Source of the DNA: a virus
Taxonomy: Duplodnaviria > Heunggongvirae > Uroviricota > Caudoviricetes
IMG/VR virus record: IMGVR_UViG_3300028298_000002
Strand: one strand, 5' to 3'
Length of the DNA stretch: 64,000 bases
Shown: in pieces, positions 45,824 through 55,879 of the stretch
How the letters are laid out: every line of letters begins with the position of its first letter
Position numbering within the stretch: the stretch's first letter is position 1
Position numbers and translations under genes: made by a program
Notes under the pieces: model-generated
Databases searched by the model: none
Told to the model about the DNA's origin: nothing
What the model saw: only the letters and a program-made list of their open reading frames with translations

Positions 45824-46798
45824 ATGAACCCAATCCAATTCACACTAGAAGAACGAACCATCATCGCAGACTTCGTTTACAGCGAACAACAAGATATCTT
45901 GATTGTTACAGATGCAACAAAATTAATTGAAGTACTTGCCAAGCACAAGCTAATCGAAGACAAAGAAGGCTGGTTGCGTAGAGTAGAAGAAAAAGAACCA
46001 AGAACCGTTGCCGACTTGCTCCATCTTTTGAAAACAAAAATTTCAGACGAACAAGGCACTAGCATTATGGACGAATATATGGGAACGCATTCTGTTAAGC
46101 CCAACCCTTCTGATCCAGAAATGGAAAAAGCTGCTGAACAAAAGCCACAAAACTATAACTGGGGCGTAGGAAAAGAAGCCAATTCCAAGCCATACGATAC
46201 CGTTAAAATCGGTGAAAAAGACTACGAATTAATTCATGGTGAATTTCCCCATTCAAGACGTGATAACACCACCTATGCACGTAGTAAAGAAAATCCAGAA
46301 AGGATCTATGGCTTTGATGGACATCGCCTTCCATTTAAAATTGAAATTGAAGAATCCAACTACCTAAAAAGCTCACATCTTTCAGGCGATGAAATCAGAA
46401 AATCTTGCACCGGAAAGCTTTCGCTGAATGGTGTTGTAATTTTCGAATGTGGTGGAAGAACTTACGAACGTGCATTTTCCAACATCCGAAAATTCATTGA
46501 TAGTATGGAAGAAAAATGGTCGTGGTATCCAAATAAATTGGAAGAATGGACAGGTAAAATTATCAAGTACGAAGGCCAATTATTCCGTATAGAATCGTTC
46601 ATCGTTTCGCAAGGTTGTATGATATTAGTTACTCCAGATGGAAAACCTAGAAAGCCTTTTGCATACGAACAAGAAGAATTTGAAAAAGGCGACTTCTATG
46701 GCAATGAATCAGTTAAAATCGAAGTAAACAGCGAACGCATTTGGTGGTATCCGACAAAGAAAGAAGTTGAACCTTTTTTAAATGGAGGGAAAAAATAA
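45824..46798 (+). CDS. hypothetical protein (324 aa)
   Basis: ORF. Confidence 0.55.
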   Translation: MNPIQFTLEERTIIADFVYSEQQDILIVTDATKLIEVLAKHKLIEDKEGWLRRVEEKEPRTVADLLHLLKTKISDEQGTSIMDEYMGTHSVKPNPSDPEMEKAAEQKPQNYNWGVGKEANSKPYDTVKIGEKDYELIHGEFPHSRRDNTTYARSKENPERIYGFDGHRLPFKIEIEESNYLKSSHLSGDEIRKSCTGKLSLNGVVIFECGGRTYERAFSNIRKFIDSMEEKWSWYPNKLEEWTGKIIKYEGQLFRIESFIVSQGCMILVTPDGKPRKPFAYEQEEFEKGDFYGNESVKIEVNSERIWWYPTKKEVEPFLNGGKK

Positions 46799-46802
46799 AT
46801 AA

Positions 46803-46991
46803 ATGGCAACTGAAAAGTGGGTTGAATTAGACGAAGACAATAACAAGCCGGATCCAAAATGTGGCTTGTTTTGTATCCGTTGCAAACGTCCGATTAAACA
46901 AATTAAAGGAAGTTTGCCAACAATGGTCCGAAAATCAATCACCGGAAAGCACTTAATTGGTTCAGAATGTTGGAAAAAAATAAATTGTTAA
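46803..46991 (+). CDS. small Cys-rich protein (62 aa)
   Basis: CGLFCIRCKRP...GSECWKKINC. Confidence 0.4.
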   Translation: MATEKWVELDEDNNKPDPKCGLFCIRCKRPIKQIKGSLPTMVRKSITGKHLIGSECWKKINC

Positions 46992-47264
46992 TAAATAATT
47001 TCATATACATAAGGTATATGTCTTACATTTGCTAAAAATAAATAATGAGAAAGAATATTGACATATCAGACGAAGCCGTTGAAGCAATAACAATACAAGC
47101 TGTAAAGGAAAAAACTGTCTTTAAATTAAAGGCACAAAAAGTTTTGGAAAACTACGCTAAGTCATTGGACAAAAAAGAAAAGAAGAAATAATGGACATTG
47201 TAAAATTTATTTGCCAAGACGGTGGATAACCAACATCATTCAATTTTTAATAATTATAAAACTC

Positions 47265-47288
47265 CTAACTAACTAACTCTAACTAACT
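47265..47288 (+). promoter_or_regulatory. two tandem copies of the CTAACTAACTA motif abutting ATG of 47289..48419
   Basis: ctaactaactaactctaactaactATG. Confidence 0.5.
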
Positions 47289-48419
47289 ATGCAACAATAC
47301 CTAAAATTAATCAACACCATCCTAGCAAGTGGGACAGTGAAACCAGCAGCAAGAGAAAATATGCCATCAACAGTTAGCTTATTCGGATATCAGTTCCGAC
47401 ATAATTTAGCTGACGGCTTTCCATTACTTACAACAAAAAAAATGTACTGGAAAGGCGTTATCGTTGAATTACTTTGGTTTTTACGTGGCGATATCAATAT
47501 CCATTATTTAGTATCAAATGGAGTGAACATCTGGAACGAAGATGCTTTCCAGTATTATCTAAAAAAATGTAAACAAGTGGGAATCGTTGAAACACTTTCT
47601 TTTGAAGCATTTATTGAAGTGATCAAAAAAGGCGATTTAGAAACGGTTTCCAGAAATTTTAATGATAGCAACTACAAATATGGCGATTGCGGTCATCAAT
47701 ACGGAAAAGTATGGAGAGACTTTGGGACAGATGAAACTGGGATGCAGTTCGGAAAAGGAGTTGACCAAATCAAAAAACTAATTGAAGGATTAAGAAAAAA
47801 TCCGGAAAGCAGAAGACATATTGTTACCGCTTGGGATCCGACACACGACCAGGATTTAGCTTTAACCTGGTGTCATGCCCTATTTCAGCTGAATTGTCGC
47901 CCAATGACTACACTCGACCGAGCTCATTATGCTGTGGATAATGCTATTATGCACAGAAATGAATTGATGAATGATTCTGAAGAAACAGGATTAACTCTTA
48001 TAGAACATTTAGACCATTTTAACGTCCCTAAATACCACCTTGACTGCCAACTATATCAACGCAGTGCAGATGTTTTTCTTGGCGTTCCCTTTAATATCGC
48101 TTCGTATGCACTACTTACTGAAATTCTTGCAAAGATGTGCAATATGGTACCAGGCACGTTCATCCATAGCTTTGGAGATGTCCACTGCTATTCCAACCAC
48201 CTAGAAGCGATAGAAGAACAAGTTTCCCGTACTCCAACAGCTTTGCCGAAGCTGAAACTAAAAGGCTGGGTTGATGGAGCTGACAAAGATATTTGGCAGA
48301 CCTACGACCTTGATACTTTATTGTCTCTGCTAGTAAGTAATTTAGATTTAATTGAATTACAAAACTACAATCCGCAACCACCCATCAAAGCTGAACTATC
48401 AACTGGTTTAAAAAAATAG
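47289..48419 (+). CDS. thymidylate synthase family protein (divergent ThyA; dUMP-specific, possibly a dUMP hydroxymethylase)
   Basis: Conserved ThyA blocks FGYQFRHNL, GFPLLTTKK, ELLWFLRGD, SRRHIVTAW, WCHALFQ (catalytic Cys), QLYQRSADVFLGVPFNIASYALL, GDVHCYSNH. ThyA's DRTGTGT is replaced by ARENMPST. Two large insertions and a C-terminal extension are present. Confidence 0.8.
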   Translation: MQQYLKLINTILASGTVKPAARENMPSTVSLFGYQFRHNLADGFPLLTTKKMYWKGVIVELLWFLRGDINIHYLVSNGVNIWNEDAFQYYLKKCKQVGIVETLSFEAFIEVIKKGDLETVSRNFNDSNYKYGDCGHQYGKVWRDFGTDETGMQFGKGVDQIKKLIEGLRKNPESRRHIVTAWDPTHDQDLALTWCHALFQLNCRPMTTLDRAHYAVDNAIMHRNELMNDSEETGLTLIEHLDHFNVPKYHLDCQLYQRSADVFLGVPFNIASYALLTEILAKMCNMVPGTFIHSFGDVHCYSNHLEAIEEQVSRTPTALPKLKLKGWVDGADKDIWQTYDLDTLLSLLVSNLDLIELQNYNPQPPIKAELSTGLKK

Positions 48420-48421
48420 CT

Positions 48422-48952
48422 ATGAACCTGACACGTCAAGTAGTTATGCTTCCTACTGAAAAAGCAAGTAAAATACATTTAGTTTCTCCAGAGGATGAAA
48501 TTAGTGTTAATTATGAGGATAAAGATGATAAATTAGTTCCTTTAAAACATAGTAAATTAATATTTACTGATGAAGCTACTGAATTTGGTTTTCCACCTCA
48601 ACATCTCTACATTACTTCTAATGAAGAAATTAAAGAAGGAGATTGGTGTATTAATAAAAATAGAGATACTTTACATATTATTACCCAAATTCATAAAGGT
48701 GAAAGAATAGTAGAAGAATCTTGGGAAAAAGTAATAGCTACAACAGATAAACTTTTTATTAAAGATAAGTCTTATGAACATATTGCTATTATCCCTGAAT
48801 CATTCATTAAAGCGTTTGTAGAATCTAATGGTACTATTAAAGAAGTATTAGTTAAATACGAAGAAATTGTATCTAAGTCTATGGATAAAGGTAAGTTCCC
48901 TAATATTACCAAACTCAAAACTAATCCCGATAATACTATTATAATAAAATGA
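48422..48952 (+). CDS. hypothetical protein (176 aa)
   Basis: ORF. Confidence 0.5.
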   Translation: MNLTRQVVMLPTEKASKIHLVSPEDEISVNYEDKDDKLVPLKHSKLIFTDEATEFGFPPQHLYITSNEEIKEGDWCINKNRDTLHIITQIHKGERIVEESWEKVIATTDKLFIKDKSYEHIAIIPESFIKAFVESNGTIKEVLVKYEEIVSKSMDKGKFPNITKLKTNPDNTIIIK

Positions 48953-49061
48953 ACAGAGACGTAAAATTTAGAGGCAAACAAAAAACCTGGATTGTTGGCG
49001 GAATTAGAAAAAGCCAGGCCACCGAACTTGTTGAAAATATTACATCAATGATGAAAGAGGA

Positions 49062-49391
49062 ATGAAAGACTATATGTTCATAAATTACAAAGCGCAATTC
49101 GTTAAGATTTTTTTTAATGAAATAAAATACATTCAAGCAGATGGGGATTATTGTAAGATTTTTACCAATGAAAAAATGTATCACATCCATTCTACTTTAA
49201 TCTATTTAGAAACTAAGTTGCCTACTGAAATGTTTTATAGATGCCACCGAAGTTTCTGTGTGAATGTTGATAGAATTACAATTATTGAAGGGTTTACTAT
49301 TTATATTGATAAGGTAAGTGTTCCAATCTCAGAACTTAATAAAAAAGAATTATTGAATAAAATAAATTTAGTAATGTTTCAAAAATCGTAG
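49062..49391 (+). CDS. LytTR-family DNA-binding domain protein (standalone)
   Basis: FVKIFFNEIKYIQADGDYCKIFTNEKMYHIHSTLIYLETKLPTEMFYRCHRSFCVNVDRI matches the LytTR consensus. Confidence 0.7.
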   Translation: MKDYMFINYKAQFVKIFFNEIKYIQADGDYCKIFTNEKMYHIHSTLIYLETKLPTEMFYRCHRSFCVNVDRITIIEGFTIYIDKVSVPISELNKKELLNKINLVMFQKS

Positions 49392-49393
49392 TA

Positions 49394-49606
49394 ATGGAAA
49401 AAAATAAACTAACCCAAAAAGCCGAAAGAGGTATCAAAAGTGTGATTAAACGAGCTGTATTTCAATATACAAGCTTTTCCCCTTCAGTAAGAAACGAAGT
49501 AGCGGAAGCAGCCATAAATGAGTTAAAATTTAAGATTAAATTAGCCAACACCTGCGAAGTTGATTTGAAAAAGGTGAACACTAATCTACCCAGAAAGAAA
49601 AAATGA
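49394..49606 (+). CDS. hypothetical protein (70 aa)
   Basis: ORF. Confidence 0.4.
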   Translation: MEKNKLTQKAERGIKSVIKRAVFQYTSFSPSVRNEVAEAAINELKFKIKLANTCEVDLKKVNTNLPRKKK

Positions 49607-49750
49607 GCAACAAAGACGAATGGAGCTTCCCCGAAAGCCCGGACAATCAAAACAGGCTAAAAAACAACGCACTAGAAGAAAACGCCAAGAAGCGAAAAAA
49701 ATAGATGCAGAAAATCCATTACACAATAAATATCACGGATACCACTAAAT

Positions 49751-50170
49751 ATGTACAACACAGACAAAAAAACTTTGATCAAGCTTGTCAAACAAGAAGC
49801 AAAGAACATTAAAGAAAATGCTACTCCTAGAGAAATTAAGAAACTTAATATAGAGTGGCTTGATCCAGCTGATGTAGAACAATGTATCTATGGGCAGATG
49901 ACTGGCAGTTGCTATTCTAAAAGAGCAAATAAGCTAATTGTAAAATGTGCAACTAAGGTGTATAAAGCTATTGGATCTCAGCCTTTGGAAGATGTGGAAT
50001 TAAACGGAAAACCAAAATTAGTGCTAGACAGGTCAGAAGAATACCATTCCCCTATCGAAATCTTCATCTACCATCATGGGTACGAAAAAGGAAGTATCGA
50101 CCGCGAAGGAAACATCAAACGACTGATTAATTATTTGAAAGGTGTTACCAAAACTTTATCGTTAAAATAA
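49751..50170 (+). CDS. hypothetical protein (139 aa)
   Basis: ORF. Confidence 0.5.
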   Translation: MYNTDKKTLIKLVKQEAKNIKENATPREIKKLNIEWLDPADVEQCIYGQMTGSCYSKRANKLIVKCATKVYKAIGSQPLEDVELNGKPKLVLDRSEEYHSPIEIFIYHHGYEKGSIDREGNIKRLINYLKGVTKTLSLK

Positions 50171-50267
50171 TAAAAACGTAGGTTGTCTGCCACAAGCAAG
50201 TGGTTGATGACCAAGTGGGGAACTACGATAACTGAAAGCCCTTGCCTATGTTTTTTAAATTAAAACA

Positions 50268-50867
50268 ATGGATTTATACGAAATTCTAGGCGTTAAGAAA
50301 AACGCTACCATCAAGGAAATTAAAATTGCATACCGCAAAAAAGCAGTTGAAAATCACCCGGACAAAGAAGGTGGATCTCCTGAAAAAATGTCGGCAATTA
50401 ATCATGCGAAGGATATTTTAACGGATCCAGGTAGAAGGGAAAAGTATGACCGAACTGGATTTGATGGCAAAGAACCATCATTCGACCAGCGATTCAGACA
50501 AACGCTTGACGACCTTCTTATGCAAATAATTAAGGAACCGGCTAACGATCCTGAAAAGGTTGATGTTATAGCATTGATGACTGGCAGTATTCAGGATGCA
50601 TTAGAAAGCTACAAGGGGAAGAAGAAAACAATGATCACCCAGCTGGAAAAAATGCTTTCTATTAAAAAGAGGACCAAAAGCAAGGATAAAACGATTCAGC
50701 ATATTTTAGATGTACGTATTGGACAATGTAATCAAGCATTAGCAAAGATGTCAGACGAAATCCTTTATTGCCAGGAGTGTCTTGAATTTATGAAGAAATA
50801 TGAATATGAATACGAACCACCGCAATCATCATCTGGATTCACCATTGTTCAAATAAAAAACGTATGA
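50268..50867 (+). CDS. DnaJ (J-domain) protein
   Basis: MDLYEILGVKKNATIKEIKIAYRKKAVENHPDK, with the HPD tripeptide. Confidence 0.8.
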   Translation: MDLYEILGVKKNATIKEIKIAYRKKAVENHPDKEGGSPEKMSAINHAKDILTDPGRREKYDRTGFDGKEPSFDQRFRQTLDDLLMQIIKEPANDPEKVDVIALMTGSIQDALESYKGKKKTMITQLEKMLSIKKRTKSKDKTIQHILDVRIGQCNQALAKMSDEILYCQECLEFMKKYEYEYEPPQSSSGFTIVQIKNV

Positions 50868-51169
50868 AAATGAAAACAAAAATGACAGACAAATACGAAG
50901 TAAAAACTATTGTGGATGAAATAATTATTCAACAGGTGAGGGTAAATATAACAGAAACGGTTGATTGCAAAAAAGCAGTTGCTATAAAAATAAAAGAAAA
51001 AAGGAAACAATTAAAAATGACACAAAGGGATGTTGCCGATAGATTTGGCACAGCTGCTGAAAATGGTATCAGCAGAATGGAAAGTGGTAATTACTATATT
51101 TCCATAGAATCATTAGAAAAGTTATGCAAAATATTTAATTGTAAATCGTCAGAAATCTTACCTTTTTAG
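50864..51169 (+). CDS. XRE-family helix-turn-helix transcriptional regulator
   Basis: KRKQLKMTQRDVADRFGTAAENGISRMESG...LEKLCKIFNC. Confidence 0.7.
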   Translation: MKMKTKMTDKYEVKTIVDEIIIQQVRVNITETVDCKKAVAIKIKEKRKQLKMTQRDVADRFGTAAENGISRMESGNYYISIESLEKLCKIFNCKSSEILPF

Positions 51170-51171
51170 AT

Positions 51172-51357
51172 ATGAAAAACTACTTCAAAAGATTAAAAAG
51201 CCATCCAGGTTTAGGTGTGGCAACAGGGATGTCGATTCTTTCTTTTCTTGCAGCTGGAACGAATAAAAATATTCACAGCTTTGAAGGTGTTTTAATTTTA
51301 GGCGGATGTTTTTCTGCTTTCTTTTGGTTGATAGTACTGATAACTAATTTTGAATAA
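51172..51357 (+). CDS. small membrane protein (61 aa)
   Basis: ORF with two hydrophobic segments. Confidence 0.35.
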   Translation: MKNYFKRLKSHPGLGVATGMSILSFLAAGTNKNIHSFEGVLILGGCFSAFFWLIVLITNFE

Positions 51358-51359
51358 TA

Positions 51360-51626
51360 ATGCCAAAGCAATTCTTTAAAATTACTTATGGAAGGTATGG
51401 AAAATATAAGATTGTGTCCTACTTCAAAGATGAAGGAAGTGTTATCGTTAAGGTCGATACTTTCCACAACAAAATTAGTAGGGTGAAACGAAGCACATTG
51501 GAATTAATACACAAGCGCGATACAAAAGAAGTTGTTACTGAAGACGAATTTATTGAAGCAATGACGAAGATTCAGGACACACCATTATCATTCAATCCAA
51601 ACTTAGGAAAAGAAACATGGTATTAA
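51360..51626 (+). CDS. hypothetical protein (88 aa)
   Basis: ORF. Confidence 0.45.
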   Translation: MPKQFFKITYGRYGKYKIVSYFKDEGSVIVKVDTFHNKISRVKRSTLELIHKRDTKEVVTEDEFIEAMTKIQDTPLSFNPNLGKETWY

Positions 51627-51771
51627 AGAAATGCAAATTATGTGATAAAAAATGGAATTGGGTTTACGACTACGAATTCTATTGCGATGAACACTTGCCT
51701 TGTGGTAAGTTTAAAAGATTTATGGGAACATATATCATTCCATTCTTAGCTGAATTTTTAAGATACAGAAC

Positions 51772-52257
51772 ATGGAATTAAAAGACTTAAATAAAAAAAA
51801 CTTTCGATACCACAACATAATCAACTATCATAAAGGTGATGGGATTCTGCAAGGTAAAATTTATTGCATCAACTATCGAACGATAACCGTTGGCGATGAT
51901 ACTTCCAGATACACCATTAAATACAACAACATAATTCCTATTCCACTTTCAGAAGAATGGCTACTAAAACTTGGTGGCAAAAAAATTGAAAGCGTTATTG
52001 AACCTTCTTTTTCTTTCGTCCTTCAAGATGAAAAAATTCCTGATCCGATTTTAGGCGGATGCTTGTATAAATACAAAGAAATATCACTAATGCTTTGCAA
52101 TGACACTGGAAAGGGTGAATACTATGCATTCATTCGCGAAGGGACAACAACCGATAGACAAAAAGACGACATTGTTTGCCTTACAAGAGAATTAAACTTT
52201 GTTCATTCTTTTCAGAACCTTTATTACGCAATTACTAACGAAGAACTAATCAAATGA
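51772..52257 (+). CDS. hypothetical protein (161 aa)
   Basis: ORF. Confidence 0.5.
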   Translation: MELKDLNKKNFRYHNIINYHKGDGILQGKIYCINYRTITVGDDTSRYTIKYNNIIPIPLSEEWLLKLGGKKIESVIEPSFSFVLQDEKIPDPILGGCLYKYKEISLMLCNDTGKGEYYAFIREGTTTDRQKDDIVCLTRELNFVHSFQNLYYAITNEELIK

Positions 52258-52562
52258 AGGCAGATAAGTGGTTAAAAAGAAAGTACCCTAAATCTTTCAC
52301 AAAACTGAATGAATATTTTGATAGGCACGAATTGGATTGCTTTAAAAATTCAAGATTTAAAATAGGAGTACTAACAAAGGATGTTATTTTCGTTCAGAAA
52401 TATACGAAGGGAAGCATCATTCAATTCAGAAGAAGTAATCCAATTAATGACTACAATCACCCATTTGTACATTGTATCGTCAAGTGTCAATTAGGCTTCA
52501 CCAGTAGTGGTTATCATTCGTTTAACATAACAGAATCAGATTTAAAAGAACTAATCAAATGA
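52254..52562 (+). CDS. hypothetical protein (102 aa)
   Basis: ORF. 4-nt overlap. Confidence 0.45.
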   Translation: MKADKWLKRKYPKSFTKLNEYFDRHELDCFKNSRFKIGVLTKDVIFVQKYTKGSIIQFRRSNPINDYNHPFVHCIVKCQLGFTSSGYHSFNITESDLKELIK

Positions 52563-52768
52563 AAGAAAAATTCAAAAAACTTCCGCTAGAAAAGAAGATA
52601 AAATACACAATTGTACTTATCTTACTTTCGCCAATGATAATCATTGGGACAATTATTTTATTAGGGATTGCCGTCCAAGTAAAAGGCAGTAGCAGACAAA
52701 GTTATAAATACAAAAAAGTAATCAAGAAAGGATTATTTTGGGACACTGAATATTTAATTGAAAGATGA
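52559..52768 (+). CDS. small membrane protein (69 aa)
   Basis: Hydrophobic core IKYTIVLILLSPMIIIGTIILLGIAV. Confidence 0.4.
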   Translation: MKEKFKKLPLEKKIKYTIVLILLSPMIIIGTIILLGIAVQVKGSSRQSYKYKKVIKKGLFWDTEYLIER

Positions 52769-53091
52769 AGATGAATATAACACTTTCAGAAAAAAGAAAA
52801 TTAGGAATTATTTCGCAAATGGCAAATCCAAATGTTTCTTATTGTAAAAGATGTTGGCTTACGTGGAGCTTAGAAACATCGGGTAGAACCGTAATGACTA
52901 GCGATGATGGTGGCACATTCGCAGTATGCACAGATTGTTGGAAAGAAGCTTCGCTAGAAGAATTGAAAGCATATTTCACTAGCACTTATCTTGCCCAATT
53001 AAAATCTGTTTACCACACTGAATATAAAATGGAGCACACGCTAGAACATTTGATAGAATGTGTTGAAAAAGAAAAAAATGTTATTTTTTAA
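52765..53091 (+). CDS. hypothetical Cys-containing protein (108 aa)
   Basis: ORF. Confidence 0.45.
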   Translation: MKMNITLSEKRKLGIISQMANPNVSYCKRCWLTWSLETSGRTVMTSDDGGTFAVCTDCWKEASLEELKAYFTSTYLAQLKSVYHTEYKMEHTLEHLIECVEKEKNVIF

Positions 53092-53269
53092 TTATGATCG
53101 AAAACATAATCCACAAAAGTACGCTTAGAAAAATCCTTCGGGAACATTGTGAACAGGGAACGAAACTGAAAAAGTTTAGGAAGCAACATGAGGCTTACAT
53201 ATTTCAGGCTTCTTTGTCTAAGAATATTTTTATTAAGGCACACACAGCAATAACAGCTATTGTAGTACT

Positions 53270-53584
53270 TTGCCTAACAAAAGAAATCCGTTTACTGGAA
53301 CTAAAAAAGAAAACATTGAAACGAATGATTCGGAGAAAATGAAAAAAGAAAAAGAAGAACCTATTTCAGTTCTTGCCGCACTACTTGGCGTTGGACTAGT
53401 ATTCGGACTAGCAATGCTTGTTAATGGTCAGAAGAAGCGAAAACGCACTTACAAGCAAAAGCCACTGCCAATAGTAACTGAAGATCTCGGATATGCCGAA
53501 GAAGTGAAAGATCAAAAATTATTGATGCCACCTACTAGCGATGATTTTATCGCTAGTGATAGATTTAAAGACGAATGGACATAA
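53270..53584 (+). CDS. hypothetical membrane-anchored protein (104 aa)
   Basis: TM helix VLAALLGVGLVFGLAMLV. Overlaps the alternative ORF 53094..53342. Confidence 0.4.
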   Translation: MPNKRNPFTGTKKENIETNDSEKMKKEKEEPISVLAALLGVGLVFGLAMLVNGQKKRKRTYKQKPLPIVTEDLGYAEEVKDQKLLMPPTSDDFIASDRFKDEWT

Positions 53585-54141
53585 AAAAAGTATTATCAGA
53601 ATCTGTTGAAAAAAGATTTCAAGCGGAAGCAACCATCAATTCACTAAGAAAAAAAATCTGCGGAATAGCTGAATATGAAACTTTAAAAAAGTATAAATCT
53701 GTCAATTTATTGCTTAAAGGAATGGAATTTGAATTAATTGGCGTTAAAGCGTCCTTTGATTTTTACGATATTGACATACCAAAAAAGGTTAATATACAAC
53801 TCGCTTACCTTTTTATTTCGAAAAGAAAAAGAGTTAAAGAAATTAAAGATTTTTATGCGAATAACAATCGCTTCCCTTTTACCAATAGTAAGAATCCATT
53901 TTTTGAAGAACGTCTGTATAGTGTAGATTTGGATAAGGTTTTAAATAAAGAAATTAACCTTAAAATTGATGGTAGCAAAAAATCACACGAAGAAAAGCTG
54001 GCAAAGGATAAAAAAATATTCGAAGAAAAAATAGCAAAAGAAGAAAAGCTATCCAAAGAAAAAAGAGAAAAAGATTTACAACAAAAAAAATCATTTGATT
54101 CTTTGGCAAAAACGATAAATAATTATAAAAATAATGCTTAA
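53575..54141 (+). CDS. hypothetical Lys/Glu-rich protein (188 aa)
   Basis: ORF. Confidence 0.5.
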   Translation: MDIKKVLSESVEKRFQAEATINSLRKKICGIAEYETLKKYKSVNLLLKGMEFELIGVKASFDFYDIDIPKKVNIQLAYLFISKRKRVKEIKDFYANNNRFPFTNSKNPFFEERLYSVDLDKVLNKEINLKIDGSKKSHEEKLAKDKKIFEEKIAKEEKLSKEKREKDLQQKKSFDSLAKTINNYKNNA

Positions 54142-55675
54142 AGTAGCCACAGTTTGCACTGGAATCGGTTCACCAGAATACGCCCTTAGAGAATTAGGAA
54201 TCCCGCACCAAATAGTTTTTGGCTGCGACATCGATCGCTTTGCTAGAGAAACTTACCTAGCCAACTTCAAGCCCGATATGATGTTTGAAGATATGACAAA
54301 GCCCGACATCCTAGACCACTATGCCGATTTGTTTCTTGGAGGAATTCCTTGTCAAAGTTTTTCACTAGCCGGTAAACGTCTTGGCGAATTAGATCCGCGT
54401 GGACTTTTATTTTACAATTTTTATGAATACGTCAAAGTTCAAAAACCGAAATATTTTATCATCGAAAATGTGAAAGGCTTACTTTCCGATCAAGACGGGA
54501 AAACATTTCAATCCTGGCTGGATTTACTTGGGCAATCAGTAAACAATCAGCACAATATGTTTACGCACGATGACAGCTTGATGTATAACCTACATTGGAA
54601 CGTCCTAAACACAAAGGATTTCGGACTACCTCAAAATAGAGAACGTGTTTTTATAATCGGCATCAGAAATGATCTTCCAAATAACTTTCGCTTCCCAGTC
54701 GGCTTTCCGCTTACCATTCGCCTAAAAGATATCCTAGAAACCAACGTAGATGAAAAATATTATCTAAGCGACAAAATGGTAGAATATATGAACAATCGTT
54801 CTGCCAATTTCAACAATGGAAAAATAAATTACAAGTATGGCGATGACATCGCTTCCACTATCACACGAAGCAGCAGCAGTTTAGATATCAGTGATAATAT
54901 TATTGTTGAAGAAAAGCAGAACCAAATGGATAGGCTACTTGAGCGCACTGGCGTTGATATTTCGGGAGTAACCGAACCAACTGCACTTGACGTTTACAAT
55001 AAAGTGCTTAAAACAGATGGAATATCACCTACACTTACCGAACCGCATCATAATAATTCACTAAGGCTTGTTGAACCCTTCTGCGTAGCGATGCGTGGAA
55101 GAAATCCAGAAAAGCCAAACGACAGAACATCTGGACTTAAAACAGAACAACGTCTTGAACCGAATTCACAAGGCATCACCAACACCATCACTTCCGTTCA
55201 AAAGGATAACTTAATTGTTGAACCAGCAATACTTACTCCTAAGAGGACCGAGTTTGGTAAAGAAACAAGGAAAAAATATGAAGCTGGGGAACTAAAACTG
55301 AACAGAAGCGAAATAACCAAACTTGAACCGAGAACAGATGGCATTTCTAACACCATTACGTCCGTTCAGAAAGATAATCTTTTGTTTGAACCTTATATCG
55401 TCCAAAAGCATCAAGACTGGCGACAAAAGGGCGATGATTTAAGGGAATTTCACGAACTAGCACCTACACTTCGCAGTAATATGGGCGACAACCATCCGCT
55501 TGTCGTTAGCCATAGAATCCGTAAGCTCACACCACGCGAATGTGGTAGATTGCAAGGATTTGCTGACGATTTTAAACAGCCCGTTTCTGACACCCAAGCG
55601 TTCAAGCAATTTGGAAATACCATAAGTACGCCAGTGATTAAAGCGATTTTAAAAAACTTATTAACCCCCAAGTAG
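54134..55675 (+). CDS. DNA (cytosine-5)-methyltransferase
   Basis: Motif I VCTGIGS, motif IV GGIPCQSFSLAGKRLG, motif VI IIENVKGL, C-terminal QFGNTISTPV. Confidence 0.9.
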   Translation: MLKVATVCTGIGSPEYALRELGIPHQIVFGCDIDRFARETYLANFKPDMMFEDMTKPDILDHYADLFLGGIPCQSFSLAGKRLGELDPRGLLFYNFYEYVKVQKPKYFIIENVKGLLSDQDGKTFQSWLDLLGQSVNNQHNMFTHDDSLMYNLHWNVLNTKDFGLPQNRERVFIIGIRNDLPNNFRFPVGFPLTIRLKDILETNVDEKYYLSDKMVEYMNNRSANFNNGKINYKYGDDIASTITRSSSSLDISDNIIVEEKQNQMDRLLERTGVDISGVTEPTALDVYNKVLKTDGISPTLTEPHHNNSLRLVEPFCVAMRGRNPEKPNDRTSGLKTEQRLEPNSQGITNTITSVQKDNLIVEPAILTPKRTEFGKETRKKYEAGELKLNRSEITKLEPRTDGISNTITSVQKDNLLFEPYIVQKHQDWRQKGDDLREFHELAPTLRSNMGDNHPLVVSHRIRKLTPRECGRLQGFADDFKQPVSDTQAFKQFGNTISTPVIKAILKNLLTPK

Positions 55676-55879
55676 CCACGAACGACCACAAAATGAAAAT
55701 AACTTATTAACATCCTTGCAGAATAAATATATTTATTATATTATTGTCTCCGCTTAACAGATGATAATGAAATCACAGACCAAACATATTTAAAATAAAG
55801 GGCGAAAGCTGCTGTAAATCTCCGGCTTCGGCTAGTCATTTGTTAAGCAACGGTAGTCGTAGCCCCTCTTTTTGACCGC

